Positions 1 to 10,133 of a DNA stretch of 64,000 nucleotides are shown in pieces (the first letter of the stretch is position 1; each line of letters begins with the position of its first letter). Source of the stretch: an uncultured Ruminococcus sp. (lineage in GTDB: Bacteria > Bacillota > Clostridia > Oscillospirales > Acutalibacteraceae); contig CACWTQ010000022.1 in NCBI GenBank assembly GCA_902763835.1, positions 10,133-74,132 on the forward strand, in the 5' to 3' direction. The notes under the pieces were generated by a model. It made no database searches. It had not been told where the DNA came from and worked only from the letters and a program-made list of their open reading frames with translations. Position numbers and translations under genes: made by a program.

Positions 1-87
1 GGTGACATCACTGCAAGACAGGCAGGTTCTGTCGGCGGTCAGATGGTTAAGAGAATGATTGAGAGCTACGAGAATTCCGTAAAGTAA
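1..87 (+). CDS. alpha/beta-type small acid-soluble spore protein, C-terminal 28 codons (5' end outside window)
   Basis: Frame +1 reads GDITARQAGSVGGQMVKRMIESYENSVK-stop. This matches the conserved T(S/A)R.NGSVGGE..KR(L/M)V core of alpha/beta SASPs. A hairpin terminator follows. Confidence 0.75.
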   Translation, partial: GDITARQAGSVGGQMVKRMIESYENSVK

Positions 88-160
88 TTTGTTTTTTAAT
101 TAATATTTTTGGATAATAAGAAACGGTAAGCATTATTTTGTTCCTCCTATATTGTTAATT

Positions 161-205
161 AAGGGTCGGTTACTTCGTTTTGAAGTTTCCGACCCTTTTA
201 TTCTA
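161..205 (+). terminator. intrinsic terminator after the SASP gene
   Basis: Stem AAGGGTCGG...CCGACCCTT (161-197) followed by TTATT. Confidence 0.55.
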
Positions 206-304
206 TAATATAATTTTGAAACAAAGGAAAATATAGTTATCAAAAAATATTATAGCTGTTATAAATTATTGCGTTTTAGATCTTAAAAAGGGCTACAACG
301 TTAA

Positions 305-541
305 CATCACTGCAAGATAGGCAGGTTCTGTCGGCGGTCAGATGGTTAAGGAACTGTCAGAAAATAAGTTGAACATTTATACTTGTCTAATTTGCCCTGT
401 GTGTCGTTACAACACCTTGAAATACGTCAGTATTCCTGCGGTGTTGTCACAGAATAAATTATCCTGCGTCTAAATTGTTCAACTTATTTCCCAACAGTTC
501 CTAAGAGAATGATTGAGAGCCACGAGAATTCCGTAAAGTAA
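305..541 (+). pseudogene. decayed duplicate of the SASP 3' end, interrupted by MITE copy M1
   Basis: 305-349 plus 505-541 align almost base-for-base with 7-87. There is no N-terminal coding part (upstream in-frame TAG), CAG has become TAG at 318-320, and the downstream terminator hairpin is decayed. Confidence 0.8.
350..501 (+). mobile_element. MITE-like TIR element M1 (152 bp, full length)
   Basis: Ends are GGAACTGTCAGAAAATAAGTTGAACATTTA ... TAAATTGTTCAACTTATTTCCCAACAGTTCC. It is flanked by TAA/TAA (347-349, 502-504). The paralogous uninterrupted site at 41-56 has a single TAA (48-50). Confidence 0.9.
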
Positions 542-701
542 ATTGCTTTTAATTTAAATTTTTTAGATAATAAGAAATAATAAATATCATCTTATTTCTT
601 CTATATTGTTAATTCAGGATTGGTCACTTGATTTTAGTATATTAGCATATCTTATTGAAATAACAGGATATTTTTCAGTGAACTTTTTATGAAGTTTGCC
701 T

Positions 702-2138
702 TCATCTGTTCTGATTAATCGAATAAGTTCCTTTCATATAGCTGTCAAGGGCAACGTAATCCTTTAAATTCACCTGTGAATCTCCGTTAATATCCGCCGC
801 CGTCAGATAAACACCCTCTAACTCTGCTGCCTCAAGAATATGATTCGCCAAAACCGTCTTGTCAACCGAATTTATATTGCCCTCTCCGCTGAGTTCGCCG
901 TAAATTATAACACAAAATCGCTCTTTCGTTTCCGTATTCTCTATAATACTTCCCGTTCCAATTACACCGCTTTTCTTTATATTGCCCTTATTGTCATAGA
1001 ACGTGAAGCTTTCTCCCCGAATATTGTTTTTTATTTCTGCTATTGTGCTGCCCGGGGTAATTCCAGTTATAACATTATCATTATAATTTATATTGTAAAT
1101 ATCGGAGGATAATGTTTTATTTACATTTTGATTATTCTCACTTTGACTGCTGTTAAGCTCCGATTGTTTAAGCTTGACATCTTCCTCCGTAACAATCTTA
1201 ACCTCAACACTGTTTCCGTATTGATTGATACATATACATTTATTTCCCAATGATTTTATATAAGTTTCGGAGTTTATTTCTTCAACTGAAAATTCGCTAT
1301 CATTATTAACTGCCGTCAATGAATCCAACTTACTGACGAAAATATTATCTCCGATAACCGCCCCACCATGTATACCGTCAAAGCCGCTGTAAACTGCCGA
1401 AACATTTCCGTTACCGTAATTATAAATTTCGCCCCTGTCTGTTGAAAAAAATCCATTATTACCGGCATAAACTTTATTTGCAGATATATTAAAATCATAA
1501 ATTCTGTTATTGTCAATTATTTTCAACTTATTCTCATAAATTACATAAACTATAGCTCCATCGGGAGAGTTGGTTAAATTGATGATATTATATCCTACGG
1601 AGATTGTTTTTAAATATTTATAATTTGATGTATAAACCTCAACATTATTTTTAGATATCATATAATAATTCCCGTCAGAATCAACCGCAAATGTACCGTG
1701 AATTTCAGGTACTGCATTATTAATCACTCTTTGGCGGCTCATACCTGTTTTACAATTATAGCTGTCAATTATCGTATACAACAATACAACATCGCCTTTT
1801 GAGTTTAGTTCTTCTTCTTTACTAAAAAAATAAAAGGTATCATTTGCATACGCATACGTTTTATTATTCACATCAATATTGATTATATTTTCACAAGTAT
1901 TCAGGCTATTGTTAATCGTCACGATATTATAATTATTATTGACACTACATAAAATGTAAATATTATTATCATTACTATCGCTAAAAACGTCTAAAACTGT
2001 ACCACATTCATTCAAATACAGTACAGTTTTAGCTTCGCAAATTATTATTGAAAGAGCAATACAAAGAATACAAATCATTGACATCGAAATCAACGTGAAT
2101 AATCTTTTCAATTTACTTATATTTTTCGGCAGCCGCAA
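702..2138 (-). CDS. secreted/anchored dockerin-containing protein
   Basis: 478-aa ORF with an N-terminal hydrophobic segment. The C-terminus carries two F-hand dockerin segments (GEGNINSVDKTVLANHIL and DINGDSQVNLKDYVALDSYM). The start overlaps the rnhA stop by 26 nt; an alternative ATG lies at 2087. Confidence 0.7.
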   Translation of the reverse strand: MRLPKNISKLKRLFTLISMSMICILCIALSIIICEAKTVLYLNECGTVLDVFSDSNDNNIYILCSVNNNYNIVTINNSLNTCENIINIDVNNKTYAYANDTFYFFSKEEELNSKGDVVLLYTIIDSYNCKTGMSRQRVINNAVPEIHGTFAVDSDGNYYMISKNNVEVYTSNYKYLKTISVGYNIINLTNSPDGAIVYVIYENKLKIIDNNRIYDFNISANKVYAGNNGFFSTDRGEIYNYGNGNVSAVYSGFDGIHGGAVIGDNIFVSKLDSLTAVNNDSEFSVEEINSETYIKSLGNKCICINQYGNSVEVKIVTEEDVKLKQSELNSSQSENNQNVNKTLSSDIYNINYNDNVITGITPGSTIAEIKNNIRGESFTFYDNKGNIKKSGVIGTGSIIENTETKERFCVIIYGELSGEGNINSVDKTVLANHILEAAELEGVYLTAADINGDSQVNLKDYVALDSYMKGTYSINQNR

Positions 2139-2550
2139 CAGCTAATCTGTCACAGCGTTCGTTCTCGGGGTGACCTGCGTGTCCCTTAACCCAGACAATT
2201 GTCATTTTGTGCTTCTCACACAAATTAAGCAGCTCCTCCCACAAATCGGCATTCAGTGCAGGGTCGGTTTTATTTCTCATCCAATTATTGGCACGCCATT
2301 TTTTCGCCCAGCCCTTATTAATAGCATTACAAACATACTGAGAGTCACTGTAAAGTGTGACATCACAAGATTCTTTCAGGCATTTGAGAGCCTCCAGAAC
2401 AGCACTGATTTCCATTCTGTTATTGGTGGTGTTACTTTCACCTCCGCTAATCTCTTTTTCAGACTTTCCGTATCTTAGAATTGCACCCCAGCCACCCGGT
2501 CCGGGATTGCCTTTACAAGCCCCGTCTGTAAAAATTTCGACTTTTTTCAT
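2113..2550 (-). CDS. rnhA: ribonuclease HI
   Basis: Start set to ATG 2550, with GGAGGT 8 nt upstream. Motifs: KVEIFTDGACKGNPGPGGWG, NNRMEI, YSDSQY, VKGHAGHPENERCDRLA. Confidence 0.92.
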   Translation of the reverse strand: MKKVEIFTDGACKGNPGPGGWGAILRYGKSEKEISGGESNTTNNRMEISAVLEALKCLKESCDVTLYSDSQYVCNAINKGWAKKWRANNWMRNKTDPALNADLWEELLNLCEKHKMTIVWVKGHAGHPENERCDRLAVAAAEKYK

Positions 2551-2712
2551 GATATTACCTCCGTATAACTCTGTAAACATTATATCTTTTTTCCGAAAAA
2601 ATTTCAACTAATTTTATAAAAATGTTGAGTATTTTGCAATTATTTTACATATTATTCAAAATTAAAAAGCATATTCTATCGTTTGCCAACAGAATATGCT
2701 TTGAACTGTAAA

Positions 2713-3333
2713 TTATTTCAACAACCCTCTAAGTTTAATATAATCATATATTAAAACTACTGTTTCATCAATACCAATCTTTCCGCTGTTTATGGTAAGG
2801 TCGTGTGAATTAGCCTCGCCCCACTTCTTATCCATTGCATAAAAATTGTAAAAAGAAGCACGTTTTCTGTCGGTTTTAAGAATTTTTTCTCTTGCCTTTT
2901 CTCTGCTTAGACCGTCACGCTCAACAACTCTTTCAATCTTAATTTCCATATCAGCATGAATAAAAATCGAAATCAAGTTAGGGTTATCGCTCAAAACGCT
3001 GTCCGCACAGCGACCAATAATTATACACGGTTCTTCTTCCGCTATACTCTTAATCGTTTCGACCTGTGCCTGATACACCTTCTGATTGAGTGGAACTTCC
3101 GCAAACGACATCGGGTAAGCATCCATAGCAAGAGAAAAGAGCAAGCTCTTTGTAGGCATCTCATCATAATACTCAACAAGACTCTGCGACATACCGCTCT
3201 TTTTGGCTATCTCTGCCAAAAGACCCTTATCATAAAACTTAATGCCCAGTTTCTTAGCGAGTTTCCTGCCAATCTCGTGTCCACCGCTTCCGTACTGTCG
3301 GCTAATTGATATTACATAATTATTATTGCTCAT
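2713..3333 (-). CDS. cytidylate kinase-like family protein
   Basis: ATG at 3333 with AAGAGGTG upstream. The N-terminal P-loop-like SISRQYGSGGHEIGRKLAKKLG is typical of the cytidylate kinase-like (Cytidylate_kin2) family. Confidence 0.7.
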   Translation of the reverse strand: MSNNNYVISISRQYGSGGHEIGRKLAKKLGIKFYDKGLLAEIAKKSGMSQSLVEYYDEMPTKSLLFSLAMDAYPMSFAEVPLNQKVYQAQVETIKSIAEEEPCIIIGRCADSVLSDNPNLISIFIHADMEIKIERVVERDGLSREKAREKILKTDRKRASFYNFYAMDKKWGEANSHDLTINSGKIGIDETVVLIYDYIKLRGLLK

Positions 3334-3411
3334 AGTGAAAATCACCTCTTCTTAATGATATAAATTATTCTAACATTTTTCAGATGATTTTTCAATAGTT
3401 TTTGTAATATT

Positions 3412-5445
3412 TTATAAATTTTGTAGCAAGTGACCTACAAAGCTGTAATCGTTCATAAGCTTATTCTTCTCATTAGCAAACATTAACAGATATCCTAAAT
3501 ATATTGTAGTAAACATTGCTATTGAAGTGAAAACGTAAGATATAAGATAAGCTTTTTTTGATATACCTTTCAGAACGTTAAGGCAATCGAAAATAGCCAC
3601 GAACGATACCAATATTACAGGCATAAGAATATCTATAGTATATCTATAATGCGAACCTGCTTTACACATATCGATATAAGCCATTATAACCGGGGCTGCC
3701 GCAAATGTAATCATAAAGGCAGTTTTAAATTTATCTTTCTTTTTGAATATAATCGGAATAAGCAAAAATCCCCAAGTTATAGGATAATTGAAAATGCCCA
3801 TTGTTCTGCCGGTATAGCTGTATCGGTGGTATGTATCAAGAGTTTTGGCTTTAAGCTCAATATATGGGAACTTTGTGTTAATATTTGGCTGTTGAATAAA
3901 ATAATGATAAAATGTCGCAGGTATCATAGCAAGAGAGAATGTATTTGCTTTCGCAATGCTTACAGTTAACTGATAATTAAATCCAAACTCAAACGGATTT
4001 TCAAAGCGTTTATAATTATAAACCATTATCATAACCGCACCAATAGCTATAGGTGTACTGATAGAAACGACATAAGAGATTTTACGCTTCAATGTTTCTT
4101 CCTTGCTTGCAAGAACGCACACAGCAGGCACAAGTGCAGCCACACCATAGAAAAGGAGTGTGGGTCTTGAGGCAACAATCAGCACAACAGATACACCCGA
4201 TAAAACAAGAAAGGCAATTCTCTTTTTAAAGCTTGATTCATAGTAAGCTTTTAAAAGGAAATAAAGAAATGCAGCTGTCCACGTGATACCTGAAATCACC
4301 GCCATATAATAGAACTGAAATTCAAAAGCCGCAGCGAAAACAGCCGAACCGAACAATAACGTTATCTGCCCCAACACCGCAAGCACAAGCGGAACATCTT
4401 TACAAAAATGCTTTATCATTTCAATATACAACAGAGAAATAAATATTGCAGCATAAATACATAATAAGGTATTTGCAAACTCAATTGTCGGTACTTTTCC
4501 TGTAAAAATATTAACGGGGTAATATGCGGTAAATACCGGAGCAACACCAAAATACGAATAGAATTTTCCGTTATAGTAAGCTCTGTCCCAGAAGTTTCCT
4601 GTAGTACTTTTGGCATTGCGTTCACTTCTGTCATAAGGATTATCAAGAGCTTCAAGCTTGCTGATATCATAATCAAGGTCAAGATTCAGCTGACCCTTTT
4701 TAAAAGACTCAAAAAGCTGTCTGTACTGGTCTTCGCCGGAATAATTTTCGGACGGATATTCGTCAAGAAATTTTACGTCCTGATGATTGACAAGCATCAT
4801 AAATCCTAGGAAAACCATAAGACACATCACCGCAGTAAGTATTTTCATAAATAAATAATCATTGTCTTCAAGTGTAAATTTCCACACACCGTAAGCAATG
4901 ATAAATGCTGTTATGAGAATAAGTGAAAATCTTAAAAAGTGAAAGCTGAATTCGGGAGGCTTGTTCAGGCTGATTTCGGATATTATCAAATTATTTTCGA
5001 CATCGCCAACATTAATTTTTAAATCTTTTACTTTTCCAAAAGAACTAACATTAAAATAATTCTTTTCGTTAATGCCTGAATACATCAATACATACGAGGT
5101 ATTATAATCATATCCGTCTTCCTCATAAGCGAAGTTATCGTCAAGATAAGTGATATCCAAATGAACATATTCGTAATAATCTCCCGATAAAACCAAACAG
5201 ATATTTTTTAGTTCACAATTGAGGTTGCTTATCAGAATATTGCCGTCATTCAAAGTAATTTTATCACCGGTGTTAATATAAATTGCTCCGTCGCTGCTGA
5301 TATTCGGTGATTTAAAATCAACGTTGACCTCTTCCACACTGCTGAATATTATTCTTAAAGCAGAGTAGTTTGAAATAAGGCATTCCACAAAAATACAAGC
5401 TATAATTAATACAATAATTTTCACAATTCTTTTCTTTTTATCCAT
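3412..5445 (-). CDS. large polytopic membrane protein, possible GT-C-type glycosyltransferase
   Basis: 677-aa ORF with an N-terminal TM, a ~150-aa extracytoplasmic domain and then more than 10 hydrophobic segments. The function is not recognised. Confidence 0.5.
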   Translation of the reverse strand: MDKKKRIVKIIVLIIACIFVECLISNYSALRIIFSSVEEVNVDFKSPNISSDGAIYINTGDKITLNDGNILISNLNCELKNICLVLSGDYYEYVHLDITYLDDNFAYEEDGYDYNTSYVLMYSGINEKNYFNVSSFGKVKDLKINVGDVENNLIISEISLNKPPEFSFHFLRFSLILITAFIIAYGVWKFTLEDNDYLFMKILTAVMCLMVFLGFMMLVNHQDVKFLDEYPSENYSGEDQYRQLFESFKKGQLNLDLDYDISKLEALDNPYDRSERNAKSTTGNFWDRAYYNGKFYSYFGVAPVFTAYYPVNIFTGKVPTIEFANTLLCIYAAIFISLLYIEMIKHFCKDVPLVLAVLGQITLLFGSAVFAAAFEFQFYYMAVISGITWTAAFLYFLLKAYYESSFKKRIAFLVLSGVSVVLIVASRPTLLFYGVAALVPAVCVLASKEETLKRKISYVVSISTPIAIGAVMIMVYNYKRFENPFEFGFNYQLTVSIAKANTFSLAMIPATFYHYFIQQPNINTKFPYIELKAKTLDTYHRYSYTGRTMGIFNYPITWGFLLIPIIFKKKDKFKTAFMITFAAAPVIMAYIDMCKAGSHYRYTIDILMPVILVSFVAIFDCLNVLKGISKKAYLISYVFTSIAMFTTIYLGYLLMFANEKNKLMNDYSFVGHLLQNL

Positions 5446-5479
5446 ATATAACCACCTTTATATCATATTCAAAAGAAAA

Positions 5480-6436
5480 TTAATCCTCACTCTTGCTGCC
5501 GTCTTCGGGAAACATCTTATCCGATTCCGGCTTTCGCCTGCTTAACTGTCCCAAACGAAAGACAACAAATAAAATTCCCATAACGGAAAGTGTGATTCCT
5601 ATTCCCACAAACACGTACTTCGCCCTGCTATCTTTCAAATTCAGGTTTCCGATATCTTTTCCGCTGCCAAGCTGTGATATAGATGTTGTGTTGTTTTGGG
5701 AATCGGCAGTAATGTCATTATCGTAATAGTTATCGATTATTCCGGTATCCGATGTGGAATTCTTCTTATCATCTGAATAATCGGAAGAATAAACATAACT
5801 TCCGGTACGTGAATTATTTGCATTTGCAGACGAACTTACCGATACTTCACCGCCCGATTTGTACGACTTAGCTGAAGTGACAGATTTGGATTTGGACTCG
5901 GACAAGGCTGCACTGTCGCTTTCAGTTGAATGTGTTTCCTTTTCTGAGTTTTGGTCGCCTTTTTTAATTATCTCAATACCCACGTTATTTGATATTTTTA
6001 CCGATACATCATTTAAATTGTTATCAACCGCTTCGGAAACCTCAAACGCTATATTCTGCTTTGAAGATTTATTTCCGTTTTTTGACGTAAATTGCAGCTT
6101 AAACACATCACCATTTTTCAAGGTACTGTCAAACAATATTATAAAATCTATCTTACTGTTTTCGTTATTAAATTTTATTTCACCGGACTGAAGATTATCA
6201 ATATTCTTAAAGGATATATAATCCGAATTATAACTAGCTTTTATTTTGACTGCTTTAATATTCGTATTTGCTTCCGACGAAAATATAATATCAAATGAAT
6301 TTCCGATATTTACACTATAAGGAAATTTTGCTGTAAGCTCAAACTGCTCTGCCGACACTCCAACGGTATTAATCAGCATTATAAATATTATCAATGTTAA
6401 AGATAGAATAAGTTTTATTGGTCTTATTTTATTCAT
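5480..6436 (-). CDS. membrane-anchored surface protein with N-terminal cohesin-like domain
   Basis: Signal peptide (VGVSAEQ), a ~135-aa beta-rich domain, a Ser-rich linker, and a C-terminal TM plus basic stop-transfer (VFRLGQLSRRK). The cohesin assignment is tentative. Confidence 0.45.
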   Translation of the reverse strand: MNKIRPIKLILSLTLIIFIMLINTVGVSAEQFELTAKFPYSVNIGNSFDIIFSSEANTNIKAVKIKASYNSDYISFKNIDNLQSGEIKFNNENSKIDFIILFDSTLKNGDVFKLQFTSKNGNKSSKQNIAFEVSEAVDNNLNDVSVKISNNVGIEIIKKGDQNSEKETHSTESDSAALSESKSKSVTSAKSYKSGGEVSVSSSANANNSRTGSYVYSSDYSDDKKNSTSDTGIIDNYYDNDITADSQNNTTSISQLGSGKDIGNLNLKDSRAKYVFVGIGITLSVMGILFVVFRLGQLSRRKPESDKMFPEDGSKSED

Positions 6437-7287
6437 ATGTTACATTTATCTACAAAGGAATAATATTTTCCAATTTCAACAGCATAAGAATCACTGCCGT
6501 GTCCTATAAAATGAGTTTTTGCAATCGGTATATCTCCCGCAAACCGTTTTATAAGAGTAATTATAGCATCTTCGCCTGCCGTTTCTTCGAGCTTGGTAAA
6601 TGTTCCCAGAATAATTCCACTAATTTTTTCAAATGCACCGAGCATTTTTAATTGACTTAAAAAAGTTGTCATTTGCAGAACTCCGCCGCCCAGCGATTCA
6701 AGAAGAAGTATCTTACCGCTAAGTTCGGGAAAATATTCTGTTCCCGCAAGCTTAAGGAAACAGCGAATATTACCACCTACAATTATTCCGCTCATACTGC
6801 TGCCGTTTATAAACTTATACGGAAAATCAAACAAATCACGCTTTTCATTTAAAAAGGTTTCCTTGAAATCGTTTATCCGCTCTTCACATTCAACAAGCTT
6901 TCTCACTTGATATAAAATGGAAGTCTTTCCTGTTTTTGTATAAACAGCGTTAATAATAGTAGTAAGGTCACTGTAACCCCAGAACTTTTTATCGGAATTT
7001 TTTATAACATCAAAATCAACATACAATAATGTTTCGTTGGCAATATCTCCACCCGATATATCAAATATTGCAGATATTTCATTGTCACGATAAAAATTCA
7101 TAAGTGCATTTGCACGTTCCTCACCGCTGCCCTGAAACACGGAATTCTCCGCATAAATATATTCACTGAAAATAGGCTCTAAAAATAATTCTTTTAAAAT
7201 TTCGGTTAAATTTTCAACATATTCTTTTGAAGATGTTAATAACCCGTTTGAACAAGCAACAATTCCAACCTTTTTTAAATTGTTCAT
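6433..7287 (-). CDS. LD-carboxypeptidase (peptidase S66)
   Basis: ATG at 7287 (MNNLKKVGIVACSNG). The GYSDLTT serine motif and overall S66/MccF-LdcA layout are present. Confidence 0.75.
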   Translation of the reverse strand: MNNLKKVGIVACSNGLLTSSKEYVENLTEILKELFLEPIFSEYIYAENSVFQGSGEERANALMNFYRDNEISAIFDISGGDIANETLLYVDFDVIKNSDKKFWGYSDLTTIINAVYTKTGKTSILYQVRKLVECEERINDFKETFLNEKRDLFDFPYKFINGSSMSGIIVGGNIRCFLKLAGTEYFPELSGKILLLESLGGGVLQMTTFLSQLKMLGAFEKISGIILGTFTKLEETAGEDAIITLIKRFAGDIPIAKTHFIGHGSDSYAVEIGKYYSFVDKCNI

Positions 7288-7370
7288 AAAAAAATTCCTT
7301 TCTAAAGGAAACCCCGACACTTATCGCCAAAGTATCGGGATTATTATTGTTATAATATATTATAGAACGA

Positions 7371-8720
7371 TTAACCGCCGTAGACATGACCGCCTTCGCC
7401 GTCGTTGTAAATTATTCCGTCATCGTAGCTGTAGAAAGCATAACCGCCTGTATAATCATTCTCAAACCAATAGCCGTTTTCGCCGTTGTCATTGTTCGGA
7501 TTATCATACTCTTCGTTGTTATCTTCCGTTCTGTTGTTTTGTCCGGAGCGACGATTCTCATTTCCGTTATCCTGCTTTTCTTCGGAGGATTCGTCATTTT
7601 CGTCCTCTGATTCATCTGAGTTTTCATCATCGGACTCCTCTGTAAGTCCTCCCGTAACCTCATCGTGTTTATACACAATAGTCGCTTCGGGAAGTGCAGC
7701 AAGAAGCGATTCATATTCGTCCTTGGTTATTCCGGTATCGGCAACATCAAGGAACTTTAGTTTTTCGCAAAACTCCAGATTTTCAAGGTCGGAAATCTCA
7801 TTTCCCGAAACGTCAAGACTTTCAAGGAAAACCATTCTCTTCAAGAAGTACACTTCCGAAATCTTCGTGTTTGAAACATCAAGCGTAACCATATTTGTAA
7901 TATTTCTGATAGGTCTAACTGTTTCGATAGAAGTATTCGCAAGCTTAACATCGCTGAGATAAGTCATATTTTCCAGAACGGAAATATCCTTAAGCTTAGG
8001 CATTTTCAATTCAAGATTACGAATATTTTCGGAATCCGCAAGGTATGAAATATCGGAAGCCTTTTCGCTGTAAATATAGAGTTCCTTAAGCTTTTTCAAA
8101 CCCTCCAGAGGAGAAAGGTCGGAACAACTCTTTGCGTCAAGCCTAAGAATCTGCAAACCCGACATATACTTAACGGCATCGATTGATTGAAGATCTCCGC
8201 CCGTAACCATAAGTGAATTAAGATTTTTAAGCGAGCTTAACTTAATAATATCAGTGATTTTATTGTTTGAAATATCTAAGGATTGTAACTGAATAAGGTC
8301 GCTGATATAGCTTAAATTTTCAAAACCACAATCAGAGATTGTCAAATGGCTAATCTGAGTAAGGGAGTTAAGACCCGAAAAATCCTTAATTTCGCAGCCG
8401 CTGAGAGTAATAGTTTGAAGATAAGGACAGTCAATAAGCGGTTCAAACGAATCAATGGTAGTATCGGACAGCTCAACGGTAGTGACTGCCTTATTAAAGA
8501 AAACATTGCCGAAAATAAACTCTTCTTTTGCAAGCGGACTTTCTATTGCAGGAACATCGTTTGTATCAATCGGAGCTGTGCTTATCTCCGAATCTGTGGA
8601 CGAAACTTCCGAAACGGAAGAAATATTTTCTTCCTTTCCCTCTTTATCGCACGCCGTCAGCATAGGCAACGTTAAAGCCACGCACAAAGCAGAGCAAATA
8701 ATTTTAAGCGACTTGTTCAT
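7371..8720 (-). CDS. leucine-rich-repeat lipoprotein with acidic C-terminal tail
   Basis: Lipobox LPMLTAC, about 10 LRR units of ~22 aa (L..L..L.L..N.I.DI), and a D/E/N-rich tail. Confidence 0.75.
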   Translation of the reverse strand: MNKSLKIICSALCVALTLPMLTACDKEGKEENISSVSEVSSTDSEISTAPIDTNDVPAIESPLAKEEFIFGNVFFNKAVTTVELSDTTIDSFEPLIDCPYLQTITLSGCEIKDFSGLNSLTQISHLTISDCGFENLSYISDLIQLQSLDISNNKITDIIKLSSLKNLNSLMVTGGDLQSIDAVKYMSGLQILRLDAKSCSDLSPLEGLKKLKELYIYSEKASDISYLADSENIRNLELKMPKLKDISVLENMTYLSDVKLANTSIETVRPIRNITNMVTLDVSNTKISEVYFLKRMVFLESLDVSGNEISDLENLEFCEKLKFLDVADTGITKDEYESLLAALPEATIVYKHDEVTGGLTEESDDENSDESEDENDESSEEKQDNGNENRRSGQNNRTEDNNEEYDNPNNDNGENGYWFENDYTGGYAFYSYDDGIIYNDGEGGHVYGG

Positions 8721-8741
8721 ATATACACCTCAAAAAACCGA

Positions 8742-9935
8742 TTAATACCAATCTTCGTAATCGTTGGTATAATCGTTGCTGTCACCGTACTCGTAATAAT
8801 CGTAATCGTTGTTGTTATCCTCGTCATCGCTGTCACTATCGATAATATCGTCAACATTGTATTCGTCATCGGAGCTTACAAGACCCAGCCCATCTTCATC
8901 GCTGTCCTCGTTGGAGGAAGACTTCTCGTCCTCATCGGAGTCCTCTTCGTTATCCTCATCTTCGTCCTCCGTGTCGGTTTCTTCGTCCTCATAGTCACGG
9001 TTAAGCTCTTCGTCCGTAATAATGAAGCTGCTCTTAACATCACACTCTGGAAGAAGAATCATAAGCTTAACAACATCGTTTCTTGAAAGATTGGAGTCGG
9101 TAACATCAAGCTCCTGCAAGTTTATAAGGTCGATAAACACGTCCTTGTCATCAGGATTGATAGCCTTAATATCAAGCTTTTTAAGCTCGGTAAGACTTGT
9201 AAGGAAAGAAAGATCCGAAACCGTATTGCAGGCAATGTTCAATTCTTCAAGACTTGTAATCGAGGAAAGAATTTCGCCGTCGGTAATGGCATTGCTGCCG
9301 AGGTTCAAAACCTTAAGCTTATTAAAGCTTGCAAGTGGGGAAATATCCGTGATAAGATTCGACTCGAGATTAATGTTTTCAAGGTTGCGGCATTTTTCAA
9401 GTGCAGTTATATTATTAATAAGGTTATTGGTAAAATTAATTGTTTTGAGTTTTGTAAGTTTTTCAAGACCGCTCAAACTTTTAATATTGGCATTGATAAT
9501 CGAAAGATTTTCAATTGACGTAGCGTCGGCAAGCGACTTAAGGCTTGAAATGTCGCTTGTACCTATAATAACCGTTTTCAGCTTAGGCAAATCGCTCAAA
9601 AACTCAAGGTCGGTCAAGTTGGAAGAAAGAACGCCGAAGTACTCGAGATTTGTACAAGTCGAGATAAACTCCAAATCTTCGTCCGTAAACGTAACATCGC
9701 TCAATTGAAGCTCGGTATCATTCTGACTGAACTTCACATTACCAATCTGATAAGTTTTGCCCTTAGGAGTATCTCCCGTTTCGATTGCCGAGGTTTGTAC
9801 AGGCTGGTCGGGAGAATTAACTGTATTATTGTTGTTATTGTTATTCTTGTCCTTACAACCGACAAATGAAAAAAGCATACCGGCAACGATAGCAGCACAA
9901 ACTACTCTCTTTGCATATTTCATTACACTGTTCAT
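8742..9935 (-). CDS. leucine-rich-repeat lipoprotein with acidic C-terminal tail (paralog of 7371-8720)
   Basis: Lipobox FSFVGC, internalin-like LRRs, and a D/E-rich tail. Confidence 0.75.
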   Translation of the reverse strand: MNSVMKYAKRVVCAAIVAGMLFSFVGCKDKNNNNNNNTVNSPDQPVQTSAIETGDTPKGKTYQIGNVKFSQNDTELQLSDVTFTDEDLEFISTCTNLEYFGVLSSNLTDLEFLSDLPKLKTVIIGTSDISSLKSLADATSIENLSIINANIKSLSGLEKLTKLKTINFTNNLINNITALEKCRNLENINLESNLITDISPLASFNKLKVLNLGSNAITDGEILSSITSLEELNIACNTVSDLSFLTSLTELKKLDIKAINPDDKDVFIDLINLQELDVTDSNLSRNDVVKLMILLPECDVKSSFIITDEELNRDYEDEETDTEDEDEDNEEDSDEDEKSSSNEDSDEDGLGLVSSDDEYNVDDIIDSDSDDEDNNNDYDYYEYGDSNDYTNDYEDWY

Positions 9936-10133
9936 CCTTTCGATGATTTACTTTTTCGTATGTAGTTACAATACATCAATTATAATTAAGTCTATTATAA
10001 TATATTAATCGTATCAAATCAAGAAAAACAACAAACCTTTAACCTTTTACTACAAAAAATAACACTTAGTTCACATTTCGTTAAAAATGCTGTTATTAAT
10101 TCCCAATTACTAAATATATTTATAGTTATAGTT

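Noticed and set aside
47-133. 28-aa antisense ORF with a strong GGAGGA RBS overlapping the SASP 3' end.
   Set aside because: In the duplicated copy (about 560-600) the RBS is lost and the frame differs, with only SYY.K shared. It is too short and unconserved to support.
7371-9935. Many overlapping alternative-frame ORFs within the LRR lipoprotein genes (for example 7486-7962 and 9022-9708).
   Set aside because: They are Ser/Leu-rich translations of the antisense or shifted frames of repetitive LRR and acidic-tail coding sequence. They have no RBS and no motifs.
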